The notes below the pieces were generated by a model, which was given only the letters and a program-made list of their open reading frames with translations, did no database searches and was not told the origin of the DNA. From the NCBI GenBank assembly GCA_010015585.1, contig ML975156.1: DNA of 64,000 bases; one strand, written 5' to 3'. Every line of letters starts with the position of its first letter. The first letter of the stretch is position 1. Below, piece by piece: positions 47,398 to 59,757 of the stretch. This DNA is from Eremomyces bilateralis CBS 781.70 (taxonomy: Eukaryota). A program made the position numbers and the translations under genes.

Positions 47398-49287
47398 TTA
47401 CCACCATTCATGGATGCCGATCTCGTCGATGAGCCGGCACGTGAGCTTCAACCGTTCCCGGACCGTGTCCGCCTTGAGCATCCGGTACAGCTCGTCCTGG
47501 TTCGTCGGCATCATATGCATCGTCCAGTACGGCAGCACTTTCGGGTCGTCGAGCGGCGGATCCCCATACGCGATGCGAATCTTACGGCGCGTGCTGGGCC
47601 GGAGCCAGGAATTGTACAGGGGGATCCACGTGTGGATTTTCTTCATGAGCTCCGCGTTCGTCAGGGAGTTAAGCGTGCGGAAGTATTGCTGGCCGTAGCA
47701 TTGCACGAACTTGGTGTCGAGGCGGCCGGAGCCGGAGCCGGTGCGGTCGCTGAGGTTGAGCTCGCCTTTGGAACCGACTTCCGCCGCTTCAATGGACGCC
47801 TCGAGCTCGTCGGAGACGTCCTGGAGTCGTTCGATGCGGGCCATGAGGTACCCGTCCTCATGTCGACGAACACTGACAGTTCGGAATCGACTGACCCCGA
47901 CTAGCTGGAGGTTGATCCGTCCGCTTTGGAGGTCTCCTTTCTCCACGATTTGAAGGATGGTGCCGTATTCCATGTAATACTTGCCAGGCATGAGCTGCCC
48001 AGGGTTTCCGAGATCCTGAGTGCTCGCATCCTCCCCATGCTGCTCCTGTAGGCACTTGGCGAAGAAGACCATTCCAAACTGCCGGTTCCCTTCCCATGAT
48101 CTGCGGATCATGATCCGGTAGCGGGGTTCGAATATATGCAAATAGATGGGCACTTGAGGGTAAGCTATAGTGCAAACAAACAACGGTATCTCGTCCGGCT
48201 CGTCCCCATCATGCAACTCTGCAAGATCTTCCTGTCGCCTTTGCTCGGACCGGTCCGGGAAGAGAAGCTGCGTCAGTCCGGTTACGACTCGGTTTGGTTC
48301 ATGGCCTTGAAGGGTGCCATGCATCTTGAGCTCTTGACGACAGTTCGGGCAGAGGATGGAGAAGTCCAACGCTCGTAGCAGGCAACTACGGCAAAATGTG
48401 TGGCCGCATGATGTCGTAGTCGGGTAGAGGAGCAACTTGTAGCAAATGGGACAGTCCAGCTCGCGCTCAAGTTGGTTTCGGACTAGATTAGGCATCTCTA
48501 GATTTATTTGGCTAGTTTGCCCCGAGTCTGGCGTGGGTCTTTCGAAAATCAGGTCGTTATCGTATGGAAATCGACCTTGGGCGGCGAAAGCGAACATAGA
48601 GCACAGATGAGGAAATGTCGGGATGAGCGCTGTCTCGACCGTTTTCGTGTGGAGGAGCTGTTTCAGTAGAACGTATTTTTTCAAGTGCGCCGCTCTATCG
48701 CCCTCCGCATCATAACTCCAAGGGTGGTTCGCGGAATACTGAGCCAGACGCTCCGTGTGTCCGGCGACAAGTTGTGGGATGCTGACCTCTGATGTCTCCT
48801 TTATAAGCCTCAACATGCAATCCACCACTGCCATAAGACTTCTGTCGACTTTCATCGACGCAGATGCTGTGAGTTTCCGGCACGTGCGAACGGGACAGCA
48901 CATCAAGCCTTCGGCATTTCCTATCGACGGCTTTTCGCCCGCTACGGCTACCGTACCATTCCCCTCGGTGGAAATACATTGCCGGCATACGGAGTGTCCG
49001 CATGGTAGGTTGATGCCATCCCGCAATGGATACGAACAGACCATGCACTGAAGCAGTCGGGTCAGAGCTCGTGCAAATAGATCTGAAGACGCATCCTCGG
49101 CGATGTCCACTACTTCCTCCAGCTCCTTTAAAGGGGTATCCATTTGCTCTTCGCCAGGATTCGGTACCGAGTCCAGCTCCGCATCATGATCGGTAATCTC
49201 CGGGATGTCATTTCGGTCGGGAAGCGAGTTCAGCAGAAGCTCAATGGAGGTGTATGCGAGACGGTCGAAAGGGACGTTTCCAGCCAT
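47398..49287 (-). CDS. LON peptidase N-terminal domain and RING finger protein (LONRF/CrgA-like E3 ligase)
   Basis: Two RING fingers (CMVC...LPCGHSVCRQC; CPICY...CGHTFCRSC...CPNCR) and a LON substrate-binding domain (IPLFVCTIAYP...LHIFEPRYRIMIRR). Confidence 0.9.
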   Translation of the reverse strand: MAGNVPFDRLAYTSIELLLNSLPDRNDIPEITDHDAELDSVPNPGEEQMDTPLKELEEVVDIAEDASSDLFARALTRLLQCMVCSYPLRDGINLPCGHSVCRQCISTEGNGTVAVAGEKPSIGNAEGLMCCPVRTCRKLTASASMKVDRSLMAVVDCMLRLIKETSEVSIPQLVAGHTERLAQYSANHPWSYDAEGDRAAHLKKYVLLKQLLHTKTVETALIPTFPHLCSMFAFAAQGRFPYDNDLIFERPTPDSGQTSQINLEMPNLVRNQLERELDCPICYKLLLYPTTTSCGHTFCRSCLLRALDFSILCPNCRQELKMHGTLQGHEPNRVVTGLTQLLFPDRSEQRRQEDLAELHDGDEPDEIPLFVCTIAYPQVPIYLHIFEPRYRIMIRRSWEGNRQFGMVFFAKCLQEQHGEDASTQDLGNPGQLMPGKYYMEYGTILQIVEKGDLQSGRINLQLVGVSRFRTVSVRRHEDGYLMARIERLQDVSDELEASIEAAEVGSKGELNLSDRTGSGSGRLDTKFVQCYGQQYFRTLNSLTNAELMKKIHTWIPLYNSWLRPSTRRKIRIAYGDPPLDDPKVLPYWTMHMMPTNQDELYRMLKADTVRERLKLTCRLIDEIGIHEWW

Positions 49288-50540
49288 TATGTAGAATGGC
49301 AAAGCGGGATATATTCTCTCTAGAATCGCCTTGATGGGTAGGAAAGGACGAAAGGTATATCTGCATTGTGATTTGGGCGAGTCAACAGTTGTGGAACTGT
49401 GAGGTATCGGCCTACACGGATGGTCTCTAGCGGACAATCGAATGCAAAGCGATGATATTGTATGCTCGTCGTGCTATCGATTCGTGTGGACGTTCGTATT
49501 CTGCGGTCTCCGATGCAGAGCTGTCATGGAGAGAACCATAGCAAACTGGCGGCTATGGGAGGAAAAGAAGAGGAACAAGATGTGAATATACTCGTCACGA
49601 TAGTGGGCAATTCACAGTTACGAACCGCAGGACAGCTAGAGAGGGGTAGATAGTCGTAGTATCAGAAAGGTCATGGAATCAGAGAGATTGTAATAATTGT
49701 ACGCACCAACTGCAGTATTGTTCGCTATGAATAATTAATATAAAACACGTGTTGGACATGCGAGGACTGATAATGATCAGATGAAGAATAGTCCCCTCTT
49801 CCATCACGCTACAGGACGATCCATAATAAGTTTAATAACACTAACCCGATTGTCTCACCACAAGCGGTGACGGCGGCTTCAAATATTTGCGCCTCAAATT
49901 GTTAACGATAGCGATATATCAGTAATCTTAGGGACTTGTTCCTGTCCCTAGCGGGCGTATTCAACCAATTCCCGAGTTATCTGTCACCAGGTACCCGCAA
50001 GCAGCCGCCCGGTTGCTTTCTATGACATTAAGGCATTGCCATCCTTCTTCATCCTGTGCGATAGTCGGGCTATGGCGGTAGTGTATGACATATAGATTGG
50101 TTTTCTGGCAAAGATAGCAAGTCTGGCTTACTACATACTATGTATGACGGTAGCAGTCGGGCTTGAAGCCTCGCTCTCAGTCGACAATTGATTCATCGCA
50201 ACACTTAGAATACCGGTGTCACGACCTCGATTTCAGTATACAATCTTGATACGCAGCAAGCCGGTATCAGGTCATGGAATTTCAGCCTCAGAAAATAGCA
50301 TGAGGCAATCTGTGGGTACCAAGGGTACAAGGCGCGGACCGTGAATTTGCGAAGGATTGCATCTACAGTACCATCCGGGTATGAGTTCCATAGAAACCCC
50401 CAATGTCCATCCAAAGAGCGCCTAAGCCGTGATCGAACCCAAGAGAACGGGAATGGAGGGCGGTTGTCGTCAGTCCACTAGGGTAAAACATAGATTGTTT
50501 CAATTCTCGTCGCCCAGTTCCCGTCCACGAGAATGGGTAT

Positions 50541-51964
50541 TCACGGATCATGCCTACTTCTCCTATACATCCAGCTCCAGTGATTTTGAGGGTCCGCCAT
50601 CAACCGGTACATCGCAATGACATCCGAGTCCTTCTCGCCGGAATATAGCAACCCTCGTTCAATCGCCAACATGGCATATTTTTGAGCGGTTCGGTGATCG
50701 CCCACCCCATTATATTCTATCGCGGCATACGTGTACGCGTCAGCAATCGGGCCATCCAACCTCTCCTGCTCGCACAGTGACACGAGCAGCTCCGCCGTTT
50801 CCGGGGACGCAGTAGATGCCTCTGTTCGGTTGGCAAGCTCCTTGGTAAGGAAATCGATGGCGTCGAGTCGGTGATCGGAAGCCGCCGTGAATATCTCTCG
50901 CTGCGTGCATGCCGAGCAACTGCAGTCGAAGCCCCAGCCATTTTTCAATACCGCTTGTCTCGTGCTGCGGGTGAGGGTCGGGTCAATATCTGAGGCGCGG
51001 AAGGTTAGGTCGCGCTGCCTTTACAAAGTCCCAAGGGATTGTCCTACTCACATGAAATGGAGAGCTCCTCGCCGATTTGAATATCCCGGAGCGCGTGGAC
51101 ATGGTGTGTCAGGGTGTCAGGATCGAACCAATAGTGGCTATTTGGCCTACAATCGTGATTTATCCGCTGAACGGGGTTAGTATAGCGGATCGAACCGGAT
51201 TTCATGGTCTTTTAACTTACCGATGTCTCTGGGAGCATAATGTTGTGCTTCTCATCACGATCCGAATCAAGCTCGACATAGAAAGAATTCGTGTTAAGCC
51301 TATCGTCAATGGCATCACCACCGAAATGCCCATGGAGCTCCAAATATAGGTCCCGTGTTCCCGGAGGTAATCGTCTAACTGCTTCCTGCTGCATTTCCAA
51401 TCGATCCTCTTCATTCAACGCCTCATAGGTCTGATCATTGACCATGTATACCGGAGTATGGGAGAAAACCGAATCCCCTCGGTGGAACGGCCGTGTTGCA
51501 ACCAGCCCAAACCCCCTTCCAGGAAGAGCCCTCTTCTCGAACGGAGATCCGGACTCGTCATTGATATGAGCTACGGTTTCGGGGTTTGTGAACGCCGGTA
51601 GTCCTGCAATTGACTTTGCGGTAGCTGGGTCCGTGAAGATGGAGATGCCCCGTCCATTCGCGAAAGCCGTGCTCGTGAAGATGCAGTAAAAGTCATGATC
51701 CTCGGATTTTCGCATGCACTTTGGTCTATGAGACCAAACTCTCATCTCTGCCTCGCTGAGAGTCAGTTCTTGCTGTAATACCGAGGTGCTGTTGGAACCG
51801 CATAATCCTGTTGCGACGCAACTAGTCGTCTCTCGATAATTGCATGATTTCCCGCCGAAGAGATCCAATGAGGATCGATACGGACATATATCAAAGGCCA
51901 GTGGCGAAACTTTGGCTGCTGCTAATGGAAGAAGGAATAGAAAGTCGAATGTGGCGACCATCAT
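50541..51964 (-). CDS. SET-domain protein with N-terminal signal peptide
   Basis: Motifs GRGFGLVATRPF, RINHDCRPN, GEELSISY, post-SET WGFDCSCSAC, TPR-like tail. Introns 51167-51220 and 50990-51051. Hydrophobic N-terminus FLFLLPLAAA. Confidence 0.88.
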
Positions 51965-53792
51965 CGTGACACGGGTAAAGGTACGGGAACGAAGTGAAGG
52001 GACAGCCGATCAACGGAGCAGATGAAGGTAGACGAATAATTTCATGATCAGCTTCAAATCATGAAGCGGCGTAGCTGGAATATGAATAGACTTCGAACAG
52101 GATTGATCTTCGACTGGCAGTACACGCGAATGTTTCCAAACGGCTTCATCTGGGAGCTTCACAGAAAGTTAGAAACAGTCTCCGCAAGAAACCTACACAT
52201 AATAGAGCTGGCATTCTCAAATGGAGATTTCCCAAGCCATCAAACGGCTTCTGATTCGGCGAGATGCGCCTCGTTGCTTGCTGAAGCGGAGTTGATCGCA
52301 GCTCGTAACATATCTGAAACCAAGGTCCTATGTGTGAGACATCAATCTAGGATTCGGTGAGAGGCAATTATACGCTAGCCCAATTAGGTTAGATAAGCAG
52401 GTGATCACCAACTGAGGCATTAAGGCACCAAATGCTCTTTCACATGATGTGACTGCTTCAGGTCCAGGTTCTCTTTGTTTAGTTTCGATGCTTCGATCCG
52501 AACATAGAATTTTCTAGCTTGCAACCGGAATTTTATATGTACTCATGCTGCAGGAAATGGTTTCATATGTTTGATGACGTCGAGATGCTTGAAATAGCTA
52601 GGTACTCCTTTGATATGTGGAAGGTCAGTTTCGACACCACATCGACGGCCATCTAGAACAGCTTGCCCGGGCAAAGAATAGCAGTTCGACATAATTTGGG
52701 AAAGCATGTCTTGAATACGGTATCTATGACTCTATCTGCTGTTGGGTCTAACGATGGGCAGATTTTAATAATAATACGCCTTCTTGTATGCCTCTCGGCG
52801 CTCTCGTCAGATCCAATGTTGTATAATGGTTACCTTGCAAATTACACGACCGTCGGTTTCTTGCTTGCATCAACCCTAGAGGTGAAACTAGAAGAAAATC
52901 CTCTACACTTCATGGTTTATTCCTAACCTGAGTGTGGCCCTATTGTCTTATGATTCGACTGTCGGGCTATGATGTGCATCATTGTTGAGCCTTAATGCAC
53001 CATTCTTCCCAAATGAACTATTGAGCAAGACAGCGGCCGAACTATAACCATTCCAAGACTCTAGTCAAGAGCATGTTTATATCCATCTACTATGTCACGA
53101 CATTGTAGAAACACTAATCTGGGCTGTGTTGACTCCTCCAAATTCTGTGGAAATTTAGGCACTTAAACCCAATCCTTGGCAATATAACTCGGACAAAGTC
53201 TATATTAATGAATTTTCCCATCACAAACGGGATCGCCTACTAGCTGTCAATCAAAGCGACATTTGCGAGCACTAGGGCAATCTCGGAATGACGTGCCCTA
53301 TCTTCGTTCCATATATTAAATAATCTCGCTTCCGGAATGATCCCCACCTGCTCTCTGCCACGTTCTCCACAGCCAAACAGCGCTTCTCAGGTCGTCCAAG
53401 ACCCGGTTCGCCTGTGGACTAACCTCTTCGGGACCGAACTCTTCTCGCCTGGCTTACAATTAGGGTTCTCAGTCCGAAAATCTCGTTCTCTTGACGTATA
53501 ATCAGTAGGCGCGACATATCTTCACCATCTCATGGCGCCATATGGAAGAAATCAAGGACGTCGAAGACGGTTGCCAAGAGCTTTAACTAAAATGAATGCA
53601 GTTCGAAAGTCGTCAGAACATGCCGAGATGGGCCCGTGTGTTCTTGTAGTCATTCCGGAATCAAATGTGATATAATAGGACCTTTCCAGCAAGAACCACT
53701 CTTCTCCGTTCTTCTAGTCACAGTCCTCGACAGACCATTTGAACTACCAGAGCTCACGGTTCCGTTATTTCACTTCTTCCATTCCTTTCAAA

Positions 53793-54896
53793 ATGCAGTC
53801 TGTGACTCTCCTTCTCAGTCTTTTGGCCGTGGCCACCGAAGCTGCCCCTCAGCTTGGGGGACTTGGTGGGTTGTTTGGTGGGAGCGGGTCCAGCGGGGGT
53901 GGACTTGGTGGATTGTTTGGTGGTGGCGGGTCCAGTGGAGGTGGACTCGGTGGGTTGTTTGGTGGTGGCGGATCCAGTGGAGGTGGACTCGGTGGGTTGT
54001 TGGGCGGACTGGGCGGATCCAGTGGAGGTGGAGCAGGGAGCACTGGCGGCAGTGGCCCCTATCTAGCGGTGAGTGTTCTTTGAGCCAAAGCCATAGCAAA
54101 CAAACTGATCCTTCCAGGGCTACTCAACGGACCCAGGCCTCCCTGGCCACACCATCTATCTTCCCAAGGAGATTCCCGCAGATCTGAAGCTGCCTGTACT
54201 CGTCTGGGGCAATGGAGCGTGCAAGGCCGACGGTACTTGGTTCGATGAGGCATTGACCGAGTGGGCCTCTCACGGGTTCCTGGTCATTGCCAATGGGTCT
54301 CCAGCCGGCTCGGGCCAGACCAATTCGAAAATGCTGATCCAATCGCTAGACTTTGTCACTAAGAACGCCGGCCAGGGCAAGTATGCCAATGTGGACGCAA
54401 GCCGCATTGCTGCTGCAGGACAGAGCTGTGGTGGTCTGGAGGCGTACGAGACCGCGGCCGATCCTCGTGTCAAGGCCATTGGGATCTTTAACTCTGGAGA
54501 ATTCAGCGACTCGGCATCTCGTCAAACAGTCGCGACACTGAAACAGCCCGTCTTCTATTTCCTTGGTGGTAGCTCGGATATCGCGTACGAGAATGTAAGC
54601 ATTTTTGCATTGCCTCCAGTTCGCATCCAAAGCTAATCCGTCATTAGGGCGAGCGTGATTACAAAAACCTGCCCCGTAACATACCTTCATGGAAGGGTAA
54701 CCTCGATGTTGGCCACATGGCAACCTGGGCAGAGGTTAATGGTGGTGAATTTGCTGTTGGAGGTACCAACTGGTTGAAGTGGCTGTTGCGAGGGGATGCA
54801 CAGGCAGCACAATGGTTCACTGGCAACGGTGCTCAACAAGCAGGGTGGAAAGTGGAGAAGAAGGGCTTGGAAGGTATCCAGACCACTCCCATTTGA
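53793..54896 (+). CDS. Secreted alpha/beta-hydrolase (cutinase/chlorophyllase-like) with Gly-rich N-terminal repeat
   Basis: Signal peptide MQSVTLLLSLLAVATEA, VWGNGAC, nucleophile elbow AGQSCGG, putative Asp (SSDIA) and His (VGHMAT). Introns 54069-54117 and 54595-54647. Confidence 0.85.
53856..54030 (+). repeat. 42-bp coding tandem repeat, about 4 copies (GGLGGLFGGxGSSG)
   Basis: Directly visible in DNA and translation. Confidence 0.9.
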
Positions 54897-56775
54897 ACTC
54901 AAACCGTGAAGGTCCATGGACCGAGCCTTGGCTTTGAACAACTCTTGTACATAAGTTAGCCTTTCGCAAGTAAAGTATCACCAGGAAGGATCTCAAACCA
55001 CCAAGCCATTGATTCTTCCACTCCACCAATATACTGGCGAAAATTAGATGCTATCAACCGATCAGAGGGGCCAAGGCCTTCGTAGGTATTAGGATAGTGT
55101 CACGCAGATCCGGCCACGTCGGCCGAATGTCGTATCAATGTACGCCTGAGCACACTAGCAGTAGTTCGACATCCTAAAGCGGATGTGACGTAAATTTGAG
55201 GACGTAGTCGAGAAATGACAGGATGAGCAGAGAACATATGGCATTACCGGTATCCGTATGCATGCTATTCCTTGAAACCAACATCGCAGAGGGTGCCGTA
55301 ACTCCACCAATGCCTTATTGTACAGATCCTCAACATACACCGGCAATCCGAAATCAAAACGATGCCCAAAGACATATTGAAGCTTCCTCCCTGCGGGATC
55401 CGTGATATCTTTCGTTTTCTGTTAATCGAGCGGAGGCTGTCGATTCGACAACTACGTTGCCACCACAAGCGCTTCGCTCCATGGACTGTTCAGGAAAGCA
55501 ACGGCAGCCTATCATGGATCTGTTAGTACTGCTTGAGTCTAGTCACTTGCTCAAAAACCAGGCAGAAGCGGCCGGGGACCAATATCATTCAAGAGCCGTT
55601 CCCTCCAAAGCGCGGAAGAGAGGAAGACTAACTGTGAACATGCTAACTGCGGCGAGCACGCTGCGGTTTTCCGGATCTGATAGCACAGCCATCACTTGGC
55701 CGCTAACCCCGCGGTCCTTTTTGCTTCGTGGACCGCCCCGTTTGGGCGCTGCATCGTATCCTCGCATCATAGTGTCGGGTCTAGTGGATTGGTCTTCTCA
55801 ACGGAGAGATGGACGTTGCGTTCCTTCGGAACCGCAGTGGACAACCGGACGAAATGGAAGAAGATTGGAGAGCCCGTTGGAGGCGATGGAAGGATCGTGC
55901 GAGGGGAATCCAATGCTTTAAGGAGAGCACGGTTCGATAATTTCGTCAAATAGGTAATATTGATTTGTTTGATTCTTTGAAAGTTGATGATGATCCGGAG
56001 TACGGAGTGTATAGTATGCTCAAAAGTCCAACATGGAAATTCTTGAAGCATCCGGGTAAACCCCGGATAAACCACCTATGCTCGGGGCCTCCGCTTGGTC
56101 ACCTGACACCTCCAACACTCAAACGGTCGGCACTGCGCCGAAACAGCGAAGCAAATAACTATCCGGTCAGACTCTTCAAGCCTCCATATCTTTGGCATCT
56201 TCAATTCCTGCATGCTCGAATCGGTAAACGAGAGGCTATTGTCAATCTGATCATACACAATATGGGCCAATCGGCACGTCGATTCGCACAACTACATGCT
56301 AGGCAGCCATCAATACACTGTTCGATTGATCTATCAAGCCAGCACAGCCTTCGATGGCCGTTTTGACCCTGGCTGTCCTAGTGATCCTACTCACCGGATT
56401 CTTCGGCTCAACGGGAACCATTGGCGTTGTGTCAAGCACTCCGGAACACTCAAGCTAGGGACTGGAGGTGAGTATTCATGTTATTGGCTAGGGTTGCCGT
56501 CTATGGCTATCCATCGCAAAAACCCTGGTACGGGATGGCTGTGAAGGAGAGTGAGGTGAGGCAGCGATCATGGATATCAGAGGCCGAGATCCTCCTCTGT
56601 AACCTATCTTTCATATCAATCAATCTTTCATATCCACGTTTCCCGATTCTGAAAAGTCCGTCGTTACACCGGCTATTTATCAATCTTGAGTCCTCCCACG
56701 GAACGTATTCGCATCCCACAAAGCATGGTCACTCCATTACCTGAGCATTACCTGAGCTGATAACGTCATCAAGTC

Positions 56776-58783
56776 ATGGCGGATGCTGCTCATTTGCTAC
56801 TTTCTTTGGATTCTCCATATATCGGGCATGAACCGATTTCTCGGTATCCATTGACGGTTCCGTTGGCCAATGCCATCGCCAATAGGCCCAAGGAAACGGT
56901 GCAAGAACCCAGCCAACGCCGGTCATCATGTCGCCGGGCATTTTCCTGGGAGCCTTCACGAAGCAGTCAACCGAATGAGCATATTCCCATAGTTGATGAC
57001 CCAAGCAAAGACGTTGCAATTGGACGTGGTCGTCCTGATGGAGATTCGTCTTGTCCATCTACAGAAATAAAGGAAACAGAAAAGCAGCTACCAGCGTTCG
57101 AGTTCGCTCCATGGATTGAAGGGCTTTACTTTATACAAGATGCATCCTCCAGGCCGACAATTGAAATCACGGATCAGGAGGATAGTAAGAAGGGGTACGA
57201 CAAGCTTAGTTTTGTCTTGCAAGATGAGGAGAAACAGTGGATGGTCAATGTTAACAAAGGAGCAATCGAGAATGGTTACCTCACTGTTGGAGATCTGAAG
57301 AATCATGTCGTTCGATGCCTGAACATCGAGGAGCCGTCCATCCTTCGTCTTTTTTTCGCTGATACTCCCTTGTTAGACGTCATGGTCCCCGTCAGGTCTT
57401 ATGGGGTAGTTCCGTTCCCCTTATCTCAGATCACGATCGACTATCCCGACACGCTCTTCTTGGAGGATAGACGCAGGGATCCGGATAGTACCGCCAACCT
57501 ACACGCTGTACGATTTAAGAGGGATAGCATCAATTCCGGACGCACTACAGTTCGACATGTCTTGAGGGCAGCCAACAAGATCTATCCTGTCTCGGAACCT
57601 GCCACGCAGAAATTGAGATTGCTTTTCAACCACCAAGTACTGAAGGACCCCGATATGTCACTGAGAGATATGGGGATTACGTCTCTTAGCGAAATTGAGT
57701 GCGAGATCGAATATAAGCGCAGTACAGCCTGGCTCATAAACACCACTACCTCTGTACGGAGACAGACTGCCATGATGAAAAATGATCACGAGGCTGGTGA
57801 TAGTTGTATGGTTCCCAATCAGACCCAAAGGCGAAAAGACATCGGCAAACAGATCCAGGACCTCACAGCTCGTGTTAATGATATCATGAAGGAAGATATC
57901 CAAGAGGATGACATCCAAAATCAAGTTCCCCTATATGGCGAACTCATTAACGAGATGCTGATCCAGTGGGATCTCCTCTCGGTCACTGAGCGAATTTGTT
58001 CAACGTGTACCGTGGCGAAGGCGGCAAGCGACTTTCCTGAATGGATCACAAAGAATTGCTCTCATGTACCTAACGTTTGCCGGGTATGTATGGAGAATTG
58101 GATTGCCTCCGAGGTCAATCGCAAAGTTTGGGGACCGATAGGTTGCCCGGAATGCCCTTATTCGGTTCTAAAGCACCACGAGGTTCAGAAACATGCTGAC
58201 CCGGACACCTTCAGGAGGTCGGTGTAACTCGAGTACTACGTGCTCCGGCGACGCTAACTTGGGATTTTAGATATGATGACCTTGCGCTACGCTCCGCTGT
58301 CAACGGAATGGCAGATTTCCATTGGTGCCTTAATACCAAATGCGATTCCGGCCAGATCGTATGCTCAGGCGCGACTGGCTTCTTCCAGTGCCTGGCTTGC
58401 GGTCATAAACAGTGTCTGAGACACAACACCGAATGGCACGAGCATGAGAGCTGCACCCAGTACGACTACCGAACCAAGGGACTCATGGGGATCATGGGAA
58501 AGGATGACGAGGAGAGGAGCGAAAAGTGGAAAAGGTCGGTGACAAGAAGGTGTCCAAAGTGCGCGGCCCCGATCGAGAAATCAGCAGGGTGCAATCACAT
58601 GTACTGTGAGTCTCCATACTTTGTTGCATCGGGAGTACTGCGTTCTCGGCCGACTAACTGATGTTAGGCAAAGCTTGCGGCCATGAGTTCGGATGGAAAA
58701 AGGCATCGCGCTATCGTTCACCCTCCAAAGCTCTATTGAGCAAGGATGTATTGAGACGGATTGCAGAATCTATTGTATCTTAA
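56776..58783 (+). CDS. RBR (RING1-IBR-RING2) E3 ubiquitin ligase with two N-terminal ubiquitin-like domains
   Basis: RING1 CSTC...CSHVPNVCRVC...CPEC, IBR WCLNTKCDSGQ...CLACGHKQCLRH...WH...C, RING2 CPKC...GCNHMYC-KACGHEF. Introns 58218-58270 and 58606-58667. Confidence 0.88.
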
Positions 58784-58972
58784 GGCCACGAGCGGTCATG
58801 GTGAACATCTTCCATTTAGTCGCTGTGATTGTAGGCGGGAAGCGCATAATTAACGACGTCATGAACCATGGGAAGACAATACTGCTTTTTGAATACGAGT
58901 GTTATACCGCGACCCCAGATCAGAATCGTACCATGAGGATATCACGACCATATATGCACGAACATCCCGCCC

Positions 58973-59757
58973 TCAATACCCAACCATGACCGCCGCTCTC
59001 CTCATCCTGTCCGCTTCCGCAACCTGCGTTGCGCCGAGAAAATCCAGCAAGGTGCACAGCTTCGCCAGATGCGCCATCTTCGGCGAGAACGGATCGCGGC
59101 TCGTCATCCGCAAGCTGCGCAGGTCCGTCGGCAAGTTGTAGGCCGAGAGAATGCGGTCGAGGGTGGACGGGTCGATGACCCGCACTTCTTCGAGCGTCTT
59201 GGCGGTCTTGAAGTCCTCGGGGAACCGGCCGTCGGTGCACATCTTCGGTTGCATTTGGGCGTAGCGACTGGAGATGGTGAGTTGGCTGTTGACTAGTTGG
59301 ACGGCGAGGTTGGTCCTGATATTGTAGGTAAGCGACGACTTGTGGAGGAAAGGGGGGAGGGGGGCGCTATTGACCTTCGCACCAGCTCGTCAAGTGGAGG
59401 ACCGGACGAGAATGAATCCCTCGTCGAGCTACATCGACTGGATGGGCATGAAGACATCATGAAGGGGTCATTTGGACTGGGCGGGAACGGCAACTTTGGT
59501 CGCCGGGAATCGGTATACGACGGAGGGAACATCCCAGGCGGGAGGCTCTCCAGAAGGTGCTCCGCGGCGTCCACGGCGGGATGTCGAGGGCTCTGCGGTC
59601 CCATACTCATTGGAAAGTCCTCGCACGGCGACAGTGGAAATGGTGGGTGGGGTGAATGTGAACAGCTTGCGGCGTGGAATCCATGGGGTGCTAAAGAAGG
59701 GTCACCTAAGACTGGCGGACGTGGTGGTGGTTGGGAAAGGGGATGTGGAAGCGACAT
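58973..59757 (-). CDS. Hypothetical protein (Pro/Ser-rich N-terminus, folded C-terminal domain)
   Basis: Two coding-like frames joined by a probable intron near 59339-59382. C-terminal ...NLAVQLVNSQL...DGRFPEDFKT...LDRILSAYNLP...LCTLLDFLGA. Confidence 0.55.

Noticed and set aside
53033..53057. GCGGCCGAACTATAACCATTCCAAG resembling the LSU rRNA I-CeuI site region
   Set aside because: Only about 16 matching bases with an indel, and no flanking rRNA similarity visible. Likely chance.
53460..53467. AACCCTAA (minus strand) as a telomerase template
   Set aside because: Isolated 8-mer in a hydrolase promoter; no downstream AUAAGU intron or P6.1 hairpin recognised.
56735..56757. 11-bp direct repeat CATTACCTGAG x2 (also a 12-bp duplication near 15761-15784)
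   Set aside because: Simple slippage duplications with no element between the copies.
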